Source: an uncultured Poribacteria bacterium
Lineage (GTDB): Bacteria > Poribacteria > WGA-4E > WGA-3G
NCBI GenBank assembly: GCA_951813565.1
Contig: OX638351.1
Location: forward strand, 4,480,001-4,544,000
Reading direction: 5' to 3'
DNA: 64,000 nt
This document shows positions 39,833-48,850 of this stretch, piece by piece (the first letter of the stretch is position 1; each line of letters begins with the position of its first letter). The notes below the pieces were generated by a model. It was not told where the DNA came from. It did no database searches and saw nothing but the letters and a program-made list of their open reading frames with translations. Position numbers and translations under genes: made by a program.

Positions 39833-40224
39833 CCATAACTGTCAACTTAAGAAAAAATGCTGGATATTCTCTTGTGGGAGGGGTTTTTAACCCCGATTTT
39901 GTGAGTCTTATAGTAAAATCCGAAAATATGTTCACATTTCAATGAACAGCAATCCCCACACGCTTGCGCTGGCGAGGTTTCCTAACCTCGCAAATGTAAA
40001 GGTAATTGTGATTTTTACTATAACTTGTAAAATCGGGGTTAAAAACCCCGATTTTCTTCTGTAGGAGCGACCTCCCGGTCGCGAGCTGGAGCTCGCTCCT
40101 ACAGAATGTCCGAGGCGACAAGTCATGGCGAATACCACGCGTATTCGCCCAAGTGCGCTTGGCGTTGATTTGGCAATGAATTGCGCGACTACAAACGCTT
40201 TTTTTCTTAAATTGACAGTTATGG
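39833..40224. mobile_element. Composite MITE with 25-bp terminal IRs (TGTCAACTTAAG family) containing nested palindromes and MITE
   Basis: ccataactgtcaacttaagaaaaaa / ttttttcttaaattgacagttatgg (1 mismatch). Confidence 0.7.
39909..40022. mobile_element. 114-bp TATAGTAAAAT MITE (inverted copy of 23214-23327)
   Basis: Sequence similarity and IRs; sits in loop of gggtttttaaccccgatttt/aaaatcggggttaaaaaccc palindrome. Confidence 0.75.
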
Positions 40225-40472
40225 AGCGGTTAGGAAACCGCTCCTACCGTCCGGAAAATGCGATAAATCCCGTTAATTTGGTATAATAACTGTATTTTCA
40301 ACTTCGGTTTTGAGTGCGTTGAGAATAGATGAAAAACGTGGCGCGTTTTCGAGTGCCTCAATACCGCCTTCCATGTCTGCGGCGTGGAGGAGTTGAAGTG
40401 TAAAATCTTGTGGAGTTTCTTGCGAGTTTAAATCTACTTCATTATCTTGAGAAAAGGCGGGAGTAAGAAAAA

Positions 40473-40770
40473 GTCATAGTGACCCACTACCTAAAGGCAG
40501 GGGCTTGTGCTTCGTAGCAGTTAGCGTTTCCGAAGAAGCGTCTTACATCTGCTCCACAGTGGCTGCTAAGCCAGCCACTTGCCCGAAGGCAACTTATTAT
40601 TTTTGACACGTGATTTTTCAAGCGGGTGAGCATTTTTCAATGCGTCTACCCTAAACGTGCAATAGATGTTACAAAGAACTTTAGCAGTATTGAATCGCAA
40701 GGCTTTTACCTGATTGTTTCACTGCCGAGCGGTCTACCACCACATCAATCAGAACCGATGCCGACTGCTA
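40473..40770 (-). ncRNA. Putative ~300-nt structured RNA ending in TnpB omegaRNA/reRNA-like 3' region
   Basis: Internal promoter; stems with GAAA and UUCG tetraloops; GTGGAG..GTAAGAC..GAAGCA.AAGCCCC 3' motif like tnpB right ends. Confidence 0.6.
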
Positions 40771-40775
40771 AAGAC

Positions 40776-40804
40776 AATATATCAAATTTTGGTGAAAGTG
40801 TCAA
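40776..40804 (-). promoter_or_regulatory. Near-consensus sigma70 promoter inside the PATE
   Basis: TTGACA-N17-TATATT on minus strand. Confidence 0.7.
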
Positions 40805-41195
40805 GGTTTTTTTGACACATAAACTGCTGAGCTGTCTACATCCCCTACCTAAAGGCAGGGGGTTTGACAGGGAGTGCTAAAACAGAAATTGAAAGAACAA
40901 CATACGTTAGAATAGTGACTCTCTTATTATACATCAGCAAATTCTCTCCTAATTCATCAAATCAAGTTTATAACAATTTTGGCAAACCTCTATATAGAGG
41001 CTTGAATATGGCAAAATTATGATACTTCAAAATTGTTGCAGGCTACTGCCACTATTTTGACTTTTTTGTGTTTATAGGAAGATGTATTTAGTATTGGAAA
41101 AGGACGTTTATAGTTCTTATAAAAGGAAATGTGTTTGTAGCATTCAGAGGGCACCTCACCCTGCAATCATATTGTTTGAGAATAATTCTAAATGC

Positions 41196-42101
41196 TTAGG
41201 TAGGGGCTACATTTATCTCAATATCAGGACTTTCTTTACGTATCCGGCGATCAAAATAAAGAAGCGTTGTCCCAATCACCCAAATTGGCAAGACGAGTGC
41301 CTTAAGAATTAGGTCGGAGCCCGTCATAATTACATAAAAGAAAAAGTTACTGGTATCAAGGACTTTTTCCATTACTGACCATTCTATAATACTTCTTAAG
41401 TCAGTATTACCAGCGAATTTTGCGAAAATGAAGATGAATCCGAGTGATACCTTGAAGATGACTGCAATCGCGTAACTTGATAGGATAATTAAGATTAGCA
41501 TTCCGAACACCTGCCACCACGAGCCACGAACGAGTTCATTGCTCCGTTTGAGAGCATATCCGACACGCGGTTCTTCAAGTAGGACAATTGGTAAGTGAAA
41601 TACCCAACATATCATAAAATAGATAGATACTGGGAAACCGATAAATGCTAAAAGTATACCAAATGGTCCTTGACGCACCATAAGTAGCATTGCAGACATT
41701 AAGCTCATGAGTGTAATCGCTGCGACTAATCTCCATATTAGGTGACTCCCAAGCATTGGGAAAAACCGCTGAAATACCTGCCGTAGTGCAGCACTACTTG
41801 TAATGTTGCCACCTAAGTAAGTCGTGGCACTTGCCAAGACAATCCCGCCAATGCTTACCATAGCAAAAGGAATAGCAGTGAGGGTTGGTATGAGTGCTTT
41901 TTGGATAGTTCCTGATATAAACCCTTTTAGAGAATATTCAATTAGAATTGCAAAGAAATAAATACTCGCTATCCCCATAAATAGTAAGAAGTGTCTTCTA
42001 TACAAACTGAAATTTGTATCAAGAATGTCACCAACGCCCATTGGTTGGAGTTTAGATGTATCATTTATATTTATGTGGGATGTGTCATTTGAGTCTAACA
42101 T
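41196..42101 (-). CDS. Multi-pass membrane protein (GPDPase-membrane/DUF975-like family)
   Basis: PMGVGDILD..FSLYRRHF, PIVLLE....YALKRS.ELVRGSWW, TLLYFD.RIRKE. Confidence 0.75.
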   Translation of the reverse strand: MLDSNDTSHININDTSKLQPMGVGDILDTNFSLYRRHFLLFMGIASIYFFAILIEYSLKGFISGTIQKALIPTLTAIPFAMVSIGGIVLASATTYLGGNITSSAALRQVFQRFFPMLGSHLIWRLVAAITLMSLMSAMLLMVRQGPFGILLAFIGFPVSIYFMICWVFHLPIVLLEEPRVGYALKRSNELVRGSWWQVFGMLILIILSSYAIAVIFKVSLGFIFIFAKFAGNTDLRSIIEWSVMEKVLDTSNFFFYVIMTGSDLILKALVLPIWVIGTTLLYFDRRIRKESPDIEINVAPT

Positions 42102-42151
42102 ATGTTTTCCATACAGCAGGAATATGATCTCGTTCAGTTAGATTACATTTA

Positions 42152-43149
42152 TTACTGTCCATTTTTAATTTGAGCTTGTTGATATTCATAGTGTGCATTT
42201 TGGACATCTTGCCGAGCATTTAGGGTAAATTGAACAGTGGTTGTCATTTTGCCAATAACTTTTCTCAGTGGTTGTAAACCTGTTTTTCCATCATTAAGGC
42301 GTTGCATTTCTATGGTTAGTGCTTTTGTAACTTTGTTCACCTCAATGAGTATTCCAAACAACTGGGTGTTCACATTAATATTTTTTTCAATCAGTGATTT
42401 AAGTTCTGCGTCCTGTTGATTGAGACGTTTAAGTTCCGCGTTGCGTGTTTTTATCCCCTCGGTTGCAGCAGTTAGCGCATCGCTTACCTCGGTGTTCATT
42501 TCAATGAATATCTTAAAGTCTTCCTTTATACTTTTATTTATTTCTTCAAGAGTCTTAATCAGTTCGCTGGTCGGTGCAATAAGTGTTTTGTATTGTGCTT
42601 CTTCAACGTTTACGGTGTATGTTGATCATTCTGTGCATTTATAGCCCTTTCTAACGTATTGAGTGCCTCAATTGCCTCATTAAGAATCTGGGATGACTGA
42701 TATTGTTCCTTTTCATTTTTTGCAGGTTGTGTGTTACCGTTGGTTGCTTTGTTTGTTTTCTCAATTCCCTGGAGAACTTCAATCGCAGTAACCGTCTTAG
42801 AGATAGCAGTAACCGCCTTGCGTTGTAGCTTTTCATCGTTGACTCGTTTAGTTTCTTGTATCAGGACTCGTATGGCCTTGATCGCCTTTGTAAAGTTATC
42901 AGAGAGATGTTCAATCTTTTCGTTTACCGTTCTGGTTGTCTTAAGTACTTTTTGGATAGCATCGGTTGTCAGTTTAAGGTGTGCACTTTCCTTTTTTATC
43001 CGTTGGAAACCTTCGTTGAGCCGTTCTTGTAGTGCCTGTTCATTTTTAGCAGGTTGGGTGGTAGGTTTAGGTGTATAAATGACGACAATTATCATCACTA
43101 ATATGGAAATAGTTATAGCACCAACAACTTTTACTGTTTTACTATTCAT
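42152..43149 (-). pseudogene. N-terminally anchored coiled-coil protein split by -1 frameshift near 42625
   Basis: ORFs 42610-43149 and 42152-42499 are joined by an open frame TYTVNVEEAQYK...; 998 nt total. Confidence 0.6.
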
Positions 43150-43175
43150 CTCTATGGCTTCCCTTTATTCCATTT

Positions 43176-43310
43176 TATAGTGGATTCTACAATTAACTGG
43201 ACATATGAGCTGTCCGAGGGAACTCCGATTCCCGACTATTAGTGGTTTCATCGCGATTCGGAGATCGCTCCTACAGAATATATGTGAACTTATTTACATA
43301 ATTTACTATA
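43176..43310. mobile_element. TATAGT-ended MITE-like element with GTAGGAGCGA-type hairpin
   Basis: tatagtggatt / aatttactata ends; cgatt..gatcgctcctaca module. Confidence 0.5.
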
Positions 43311-43367
43311 AATCAGAAAACCAGTGTATGAAGTGCTACCGTTTATTCAGACCAAAATTTAGCAAAG

Positions 43368-44207
43368 TTAAGACAAGTTTTTTTGCTCAAATTCCACAGG
43401 TGTCAAATACCCTAACGCTGAATGAGGGCGTTTGTGATTATACACTTGCGTAATAAAATGCCCAATGCGGGCTCTCGCTTCGTGGATGTTCTCATAGGCG
43501 TTGAGATGAACTTCTTCTTCCTTGAGCGTGCGGATAAGTCTTTCAGCATATCCGTTCTCCCAAGGACACCCTCTTCGGGCGACTGAAATCTCTATCCCAT
43601 GATACCTAAGCAGTGAGATATACGCATCTGAAAGATACTGAACGCCTTGATCAGAATGATGGATCTCTGGAACACTTTGACATAATGCTGTCTCTAAGGG
43701 TTTCAACGCCAGAGATTGCGTCAAGTGTCGACTGATATGCCACCCCCTGATCATGCGAGTGAAGACATCCATGAGCAGACAAACATAGATGAAGTGTCCT
43801 TTGAGACGGACGTAGGTAATATCGCCTACCCAGACCTGATCACATCGGGAGACATCAAGGTTTTCAAGGCGATTACCCCAGGGACGCACACCCGCAACGG
43901 ATGTCGTGGTTTGACAGACACGTTTGACAGAAACCGAGAGGTTGGCGGATTTCATCAATCGGGCAACACGCTTATACCCGATGGTGTATCCGCCACGCAC
44001 TAACAACTGTGTGATACGTCTATATCCGTATGTTGGATATAGCAAAGATAACTTCTCTATTTCATCCCGGAGGCCCGCTTCACACGGGTCCTGCTTGGGG
44101 TGATAATAGAGATTGCTTCGGTTGAAACCGAGCGTCTCACATATCTGCCGAACCGAAAAGTCTATCCGTAATGCTTCAACCATTTCTCGCTGCTCCATCG
44201 GGGTCAA
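43368..44207 (-). CDS. IS3 transposase OrfB (rve DDE integrase domain)
   Basis: YGYRRI, WVGDITY, HHSDQGVQY, WENGYAER, YNHKRPHSALGYLTP. Confidence 0.93.
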   Translation of the reverse strand: MTPMEQREMVEALRIDFSVRQICETLGFNRSNLYYHPKQDPCEAGLRDEIEKLSLLYPTYGYRRITQLLVRGGYTIGYKRVARLMKSANLSVSVKRVCQTTTSVAGVRPWGNRLENLDVSRCDQVWVGDITYVRLKGHFIYVCLLMDVFTRMIRGWHISRHLTQSLALKPLETALCQSVPEIHHSDQGVQYLSDAYISLLRYHGIEISVARRGCPWENGYAERLIRTLKEEEVHLNAYENIHEARARIGHFITQVYNHKRPHSALGYLTPVEFEQKNLS

Positions 44208-44494
44208 CTCAAGTAAGTTGAGGCTTTTTTTTGGATGTCAAGTGCCAGGGTCAACCGCCCAACGAGTTGCTCAAGTTGGGCGATCCGATCCGCAGAGGCA
44301 TCAGACTGTTTATCAGCGGGTTCAAAGAGGGTCGCCGCATTTTCAAGAAGCTGTCGCTTCCACTTTGAAAGTTGTTCATCGCTGAGGCTATGTCGCCGAC
44401 ACACTTCTGCTTGGGAACTTTGACCGCTCAGTGCCTCAAGAACAACTTCGGCTTTAAACTCGGGAGTGAAGTTTCTTCGTTTTCGTTTCGCCAT
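44204..44494 (-). CDS. IS3 transposase OrfA (HTH_Tnp_1)
   Basis: RRNFTPEFKAEVV, QLSKWKRQ, LEQLVGRL. Confidence 0.92.
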   Translation of the reverse strand: MAKRKRRNFTPEFKAEVVLEALSGQSSQAEVCRRHSLSDEQLSKWKRQLLENAATLFEPADKQSDASADRIAQLEQLVGRLTLALDIQKKASTYLS

Positions 44495-44577
44495 CGGATA
44501 CTCCTTTCAAGTAGATGGATATTATACCATAATCTTGTCTTAGAGAGTGGCCCGAATTTCCGGTGGCAGTACAGTAT

Positions 44578-44639
44578 TATATGTCAAGTCTATTTGCATA
44601 TAGTAGCACTATATGTCAAGTCTATTTACATATAGTAGC
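44578..44639. repeat. 32-bp tandem duplication containing palindromic operator-like site
   Basis: tatatgtcaagtctattt(g/a)catatagtagc x2; catatagt-agc-actatatg at junction. Confidence 0.7.
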
Positions 44640-44669
44640 GTTTTTTGGATAAGGTAAGACAATTGTTGT

Positions 44670-46754
44670 TTAATCGATTCTTCTACGCTGATATAGAAAC
44701 CACTCCACAACTGTTAAAATAACAGCAAGAAACACCAAGTATATCCAAGGTGGATAACGGAAAAATGAACCGCCACCTAAAACTTCCGATCCTGCTAACA
44801 AGTCTTCAATTCCATCAGCGATACCTATATGAGATTCTGTTTCACTTGCGAGATTGACTGCCCAGAACTGTTTCTGAGCGTCTGCTTCTTCGTTGTCAGC
44901 TGCAGATTCATTTTCGTTATCGGTTGTAGATTCGTTTTTGTTATCATCTACAGGTTCATTTGAGGTGCTCAACTTATAAAAACCCGCATGTAGGGTTTGA
45001 TCAAAGAGTATCTCATCATTTTCAACAGGAACATCCCAGGTCTTGTCTCCAGGACCGGTAACTTTTAGTATTTTTTCTGTGTTTTCGGATGGGGTATCTT
45101 CATCCTGCTTAGCTTGTGCATCAGGAGTAGGCTGTGAATCTACCTTATATCGGAGGACTTCACCTGTATGGAGGTGATGTTCCTGTATCTCTTCGCTTTG
45201 TTGAAACCACTGGATTGTATTAGCGATTATAACAGGAAATGCGATACGTAATGGTAGGTCAGATTCAAGTATGTTAATTGCAGCAAAGACGATCTTTCGC
45301 TGCGGTGTAACATCAACAAACAATATAGGAGATTCAAACGAACGCGCAAGAATCTGTGCTGTGGAGGGCGGTGTAACCTCGTATGCTTCGCCTATTACGA
45401 CATTTTCCAAATGGACGTGACGCAGGATAGGATGTGTGTTATCCCAATCGGTGATAATAGGCGTTTCAAGTGCTTCTCCGATGTTCCACGTCGCAACAGA
45501 GTTGGTTCTGCTCTCATCAGGCGGGTTAGTGGTTTTGGGAGGATAGATAAACATATAATTTCCATCTCCAAGCGTTGTTGGACTGAATCGGTCGAAAATA
45601 ACAACTTGGGCATCTTTAGCAGCCACCTCATATTCTGCTGGGGTCATAACACTCAGATTTAGTTTTTCATCAACGGAAAGCGCTTTTAGGAGAAATGGAT
45701 TTTCATTTGTTACCAGCAACACAGAGATGAGTACACGTTTCGGTAACGTTGCGTAGGCAACATTGTCAGTAGGAAGCGCGTCTATGATGTCTAACACTGC
45801 TTTTAGTTCTCCACCTTCAAAAGTAAAATTGCTGAAAATTTCGGACTTTTTCTCACCAGGTGCAAGTGTGTAAGGACGAACATCAAAGAGACTATCGTTA
45901 AAATAGAGTTCTACACTGCACTTCTTTTCTTGATCTGAAGCGTTGACAACAGTCAGCAGTGTTTCGTAATCAAAGGCATTAACAATACTTTTTCGGACTC
46001 GAAATTGAGTGATGCCAACGTTATCGCTGTCTTCACCTATCCTGATAAGATGCAGTTTAATTTTTCCTTTTTCAGCAGGTTCTTCTTCAGTTGTTGTGTC
46101 TTGTGGAAGCGATTTTTGGAATTTTGCAAGGATTTCCTCAGAAATAGACTGAAAATCACTAAGGATAATAATTTCTGGGTTAGGTTTTGTTTGTGCGACA
46201 TCAAATGCTAAATCTACTCCGGACTTTAGGTCTGTCTTTACATCAGTTGGTTCAATCGATTCAATTGCTTGCCGAAGTGTTTTTTGATGGTTTGTAAAGG
46301 GCGTCCGAATTGTAGGACGAGTATGACAACTGATGACCGACATTTCGTCCATAAATCGCAGCCCTTTTACCATCTGTAGTGCTTGCTGTTTGGCGGAATC
46401 TAAACGGGATTCGGTAGCGGAATTATCAGGATTGAGATTCAGTACTGCATTCATACTTGCTGAGTGATCTATAATCAAAATGAGTTGTCGTGCGGATTTC
46501 GTTATGAATGCGAACTGTGGTCGTGCAATAGCAAGCACTAAAAGCGCAAGAAACAACAATTGCAGGAGTAGGGATAATAGATGTTTTAGCCTTTGGAAAA
46601 GAGAGGTCGTTTGTCTCTCTTTGAAAAGTTGTTCCCAGAACATCAACGTGGAGACAGGTTCGCGTCTTCGCCGCAGTTTTAGGATGTATAAAGCGATTAT
46701 AGGAATCGCAAGCGCAAGTAGGAATAGGGAGGTGGGCGTCAAAAAATTCATCAA
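44670..46754 (-). CDS. BatA + VWA domain membrane protein
   Basis: PIIALYILKLRRRREPVSTLMFW...LALLVLAIARP, MIDAS DHSAS, C-terminal EWFLY. Confidence 0.9.
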   Translation of the reverse strand: MMNFLTPTSLFLLALAIPIIALYILKLRRRREPVSTLMFWEQLFKERQTTSLFQRLKHLLSLLLQLLFLALLVLAIARPQFAFITKSARQLILIIDHSASMNAVLNLNPDNSATESRLDSAKQQALQMVKGLRFMDEMSVISCHTRPTIRTPFTNHQKTLRQAIESIEPTDVKTDLKSGVDLAFDVAQTKPNPEIIILSDFQSISEEILAKFQKSLPQDTTTEEEPAEKGKIKLHLIRIGEDSDNVGITQFRVRKSIVNAFDYETLLTVVNASDQEKKCSVELYFNDSLFDVRPYTLAPGEKKSEIFSNFTFEGGELKAVLDIIDALPTDNVAYATLPKRVLISVLLVTNENPFLLKALSVDEKLNLSVMTPAEYEVAAKDAQVVIFDRFSPTTLGDGNYMFIYPPKTTNPPDESRTNSVATWNIGEALETPIITDWDNTHPILRHVHLENVVIGEAYEVTPPSTAQILARSFESPILFVDVTPQRKIVFAAINILESDLPLRIAFPVIIANTIQWFQQSEEIQEHHLHTGEVLRYKVDSQPTPDAQAKQDEDTPSENTEKILKVTGPGDKTWDVPVENDEILFDQTLHAGFYKLSTSNEPVDDNKNESTTDNENESAADNEEADAQKQFWAVNLASETESHIGIADGIEDLLAGSEVLGGGSFFRYPPWIYLVFLAVILTVVEWFLYQRRRID

Positions 46755-46793
46755 TCAATTTCAGATGGACAATCTTCGGTGAGAATTGATCCG

Positions 46794-47681
46794 TTATGTG
46801 ACAAAACCACCCATTCGGAAGATGCGTAGGATAAGTTCTTCAAAAGGTGCTTTTGTCATTGTCCGCACAATGCTGATCTCTCGCTGTGTACAATATCGGT
46901 CAATGTCATCACAATATTTCTTGAAAAGAGTTTGGTATCGTTTAATGTGATTTTCGTTGATGGTTACAGGTCGGAGTTGATTAGTTTCAACATCAACGAG
47001 ATGATAATCACCCAGCAGGTTGGGTTCAGCCTCCTTTTCATCAATGATGTGAATGACGAAAAGATCATGTTTTTGGAATTTCAACATATTCAGACCAGCA
47101 GTAAACCCTTTAGGGTCAAAGAGATCGGAGATTAGGACGACCAACCCACGTCTTTTGGTCATGTGAACAAAATTGTGGAATGCCTGTTCCAGATCGGTTT
47201 CTCCAGTACCATTAATCTGGTCAAGAAAATTGAGGACTGTAAAGATTTTGCCTTTTCCTCGTTCTGTAGGTAGCCGATTCATGTCGGTAGTATTAAAAGC
47301 AGTAATCCCGATGCGGTCAAGATTGGAGAGTCCGATGTAGGCAAGTGCTGCAGCAACACGTTTGGCATAAATCAGTTTCGGTAATTCGCCATAAGTCATG
47401 GATTGGCTTGCATCAACGAGGAAGTAGATGTGCAGGTCTTCGCGTTCTTCGTAGAGTTTTAGCAGAAGTTCGTCTAATCTTGCGAAGGCGTTCCAATCAA
47501 TATAACGAAAGTCATCACCGGCAGTGTAGTTACGGTAATCGGCAAATTCAACACTAACACCACGACGTGTGCTACGACGTTCAGCCTTAATTCGTCCAGC
47601 AAAAATCTTTTTTGAGACAATATACAGGTATTCCAGTTTTTTGAGGAAATCACTGTCAAACGCGGATTGTGTGTCATTCAT
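46794..47681 (-). CDS. DUF58 domain protein
   Basis: G.SVEFADYRNY..GDDFRYIDWN..AR, DASQSM, LISDL. Confidence 0.92.
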   Translation of the reverse strand: MNDTQSAFDSDFLKKLEYLYIVSKKIFAGRIKAERRSTRRGVSVEFADYRNYTAGDDFRYIDWNAFARLDELLLKLYEEREDLHIYFLVDASQSMTYGELPKLIYAKRVAAALAYIGLSNLDRIGITAFNTTDMNRLPTERGKGKIFTVLNFLDQINGTGETDLEQAFHNFVHMTKRRGLVVLISDLFDPKGFTAGLNMLKFQKHDLFVIHIIDEKEAEPNLLGDYHLVDVETNQLRPVTINENHIKRYQTLFKKYCDDIDRYCTQREISIVRTMTKAPFEELILRIFRMGGFVT

Positions 47682-47766
47682 AGGAAGACCTTATGCTGTT
47701 TTGGGATTACAAACCCGCTGAATGTCTTATGCGCATTCAGCGTTGACTCACTCCTACAAGAAGAAA

Positions 47767-48765
47767 TCAATCAATTACTTCCAACAGATGTTGGATGATT
47801 CCGTCTGGGTCAATGCCTTCAGCTTCGCCTTCAAAACTAAGAATGAGACGATGGCGTAGACTCGGCAGTGCGACTGCTTGGATGTCTTCACGTGCGACGT
47901 TATATCTACCATCAAGGATCGCACGCACCTTACTTGCAAGAATCAATGCTTGCGCACCACGAGGGCTTGAACCGTATCGGACATATTTTTTTGTCTGTTC
48001 TGGTGCATCTTCAGTTTCTGGGTGTGTTCCCATAACAATTCGTAATGCGTATCTACGTACGTCTTCTGCAACAAGGATGTCCCGAACAATCTGTTCTAAT
48101 TCGTTAATCGACTGACCATCGCACACCTTTTCAACAGCAGGCATTTCTCGCTTTGTGGTACGTTCCATAACAAGATCAAGTTCATCAAGAGAAGGAAATT
48201 CCACCTTGAGTTTGAAAAAGAAGCGGTCAAGTTGCGCTTCAGGTAACGGATATGTGCCTTCCATCTCTAAAGGGTTTTGAGTAGCCATCACGAAGAAAGG
48301 TAGATCCAGGGAGCGATGTTGTCCAGCAACAGTTACAGATTTTTCCTGCATTGCCTCTAACAGGGCAGATTGAGTTTTAGGGGTTGCACGGTTGATTTCG
48401 TCAGCAAGGACGAGATTTGCGAATATAGGACCAGGTTGAAATTCAAAGAATTTCTGTCCAGTTTCATCCTCAGCGACGATTGTAGTACCAACAATATCAG
48501 CAGGCATCAGGTCAGGTGTGAATTGAATACGATTAAATTCTAAGTCTAATACTTCTTCTAATGTACGGATCAATAATGTTTTGCCTAAGCCAGGAACTCC
48601 TTCCAATAACGCATGTCCTCCCGTCATTAAGCAAATTAAAACACCTTCAATAATTTCCTTTTGACCAACAATCCGCTTTGAGACCTCTTCTTGTATCTTT
48701 AGGAAGGTCTCTCGAAATTCATCATGTTTTTGTTCGACTTTTTCGGAAACATTTTGTTCGGACAT
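47767..48765 (-). CDS. moxR: MoxR family AAA+ ATPase
   Basis: LLEGVPGLGKT, RIQFTPDLMP, ADEINRATPKTQSALLEAM, ATQNPLE.EGTYPLPEAQLDRF. Confidence 0.93.
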   Translation of the reverse strand: MSEQNVSEKVEQKHDEFRETFLKIQEEVSKRIVGQKEIIEGVLICLMTGGHALLEGVPGLGKTLLIRTLEEVLDLEFNRIQFTPDLMPADIVGTTIVAEDETGQKFFEFQPGPIFANLVLADEINRATPKTQSALLEAMQEKSVTVAGQHRSLDLPFFVMATQNPLEMEGTYPLPEAQLDRFFFKLKVEFPSLDELDLVMERTTKREMPAVEKVCDGQSINELEQIVRDILVAEDVRRYALRIVMGTHPETEDAPEQTKKYVRYGSSPRGAQALILASKVRAILDGRYNVAREDIQAVALPSLRHRLILSFEGEAEGIDPDGIIQHLLEVID

Positions 48766-48797
48766 ATTTCCCTCTAATGGTAGTAGCACGTAGACAT

Positions 48798-48836
48798 TAA
48801 ATCACCGCAAAGATATATTATCTCTGCGGTGATTTA
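48798..48836. repeat. Intercistronic hairpin upstream of moxR
   Basis: taaatcaccgcaaagata / tatctctgcggtgattta. Confidence 0.55.
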
Positions 48837-48850
48837 CATGACAACTCGGT

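Larger units (their letters stand above)
40473..40876 (-). mobile_element. Non-autonomous IS200/IS605-family element (PATE), no tnpA/tnpB
   Basis: LE hairpin cccctgcctttaggtagggg with guide AAAC and target TTAG; RE hairpin with guide CAAG and terminal TGAC; scarless removal restores host ORF; no TSD. Confidence 0.85.
40273..40934 (-). pseudogene. N-terminal fragment of secreted 5'-nucleotidase/metallophosphoesterase interrupted by IS200/605-type element
   Basis: Removing 40473-40876 gives in-frame MYNKRVTILTYVVLSISVLVFLTPAFSQDNE...FTLQLLHAADMEGG.EA.ENAPRFSSILNAL...NTVI; aggag RBS. Confidence 0.75.
43329..44573 (-). mobile_element. IS3 family insertion sequence, apparently intact
   Basis: TG...CA imperfect IRs, 3-bp TSD GTA, orfA/orfB, A8G -1 frameshift window at 44224-44232. 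Confidence 0.92.

Noticed and set aside
40473..40876. IStron (group I intron-IS605 chimera) that splices out of the host mRNA
   Set aside because: Upstream exon ends in G not U, element ends in C not omega-G, and no P7/S-type core motifs are recognisable
40626..40880. 84-aa ORF as protein gene
   Set aside because: Antisense to the structured RNA and promoter, runs through the terminal hairpin, no RBS or family motif
48798..48836. Lambda operator-like site
   Set aside because: Resemblance is coincidental; better explained as an intercistronic RNA hairpin, with no phage genes nearby
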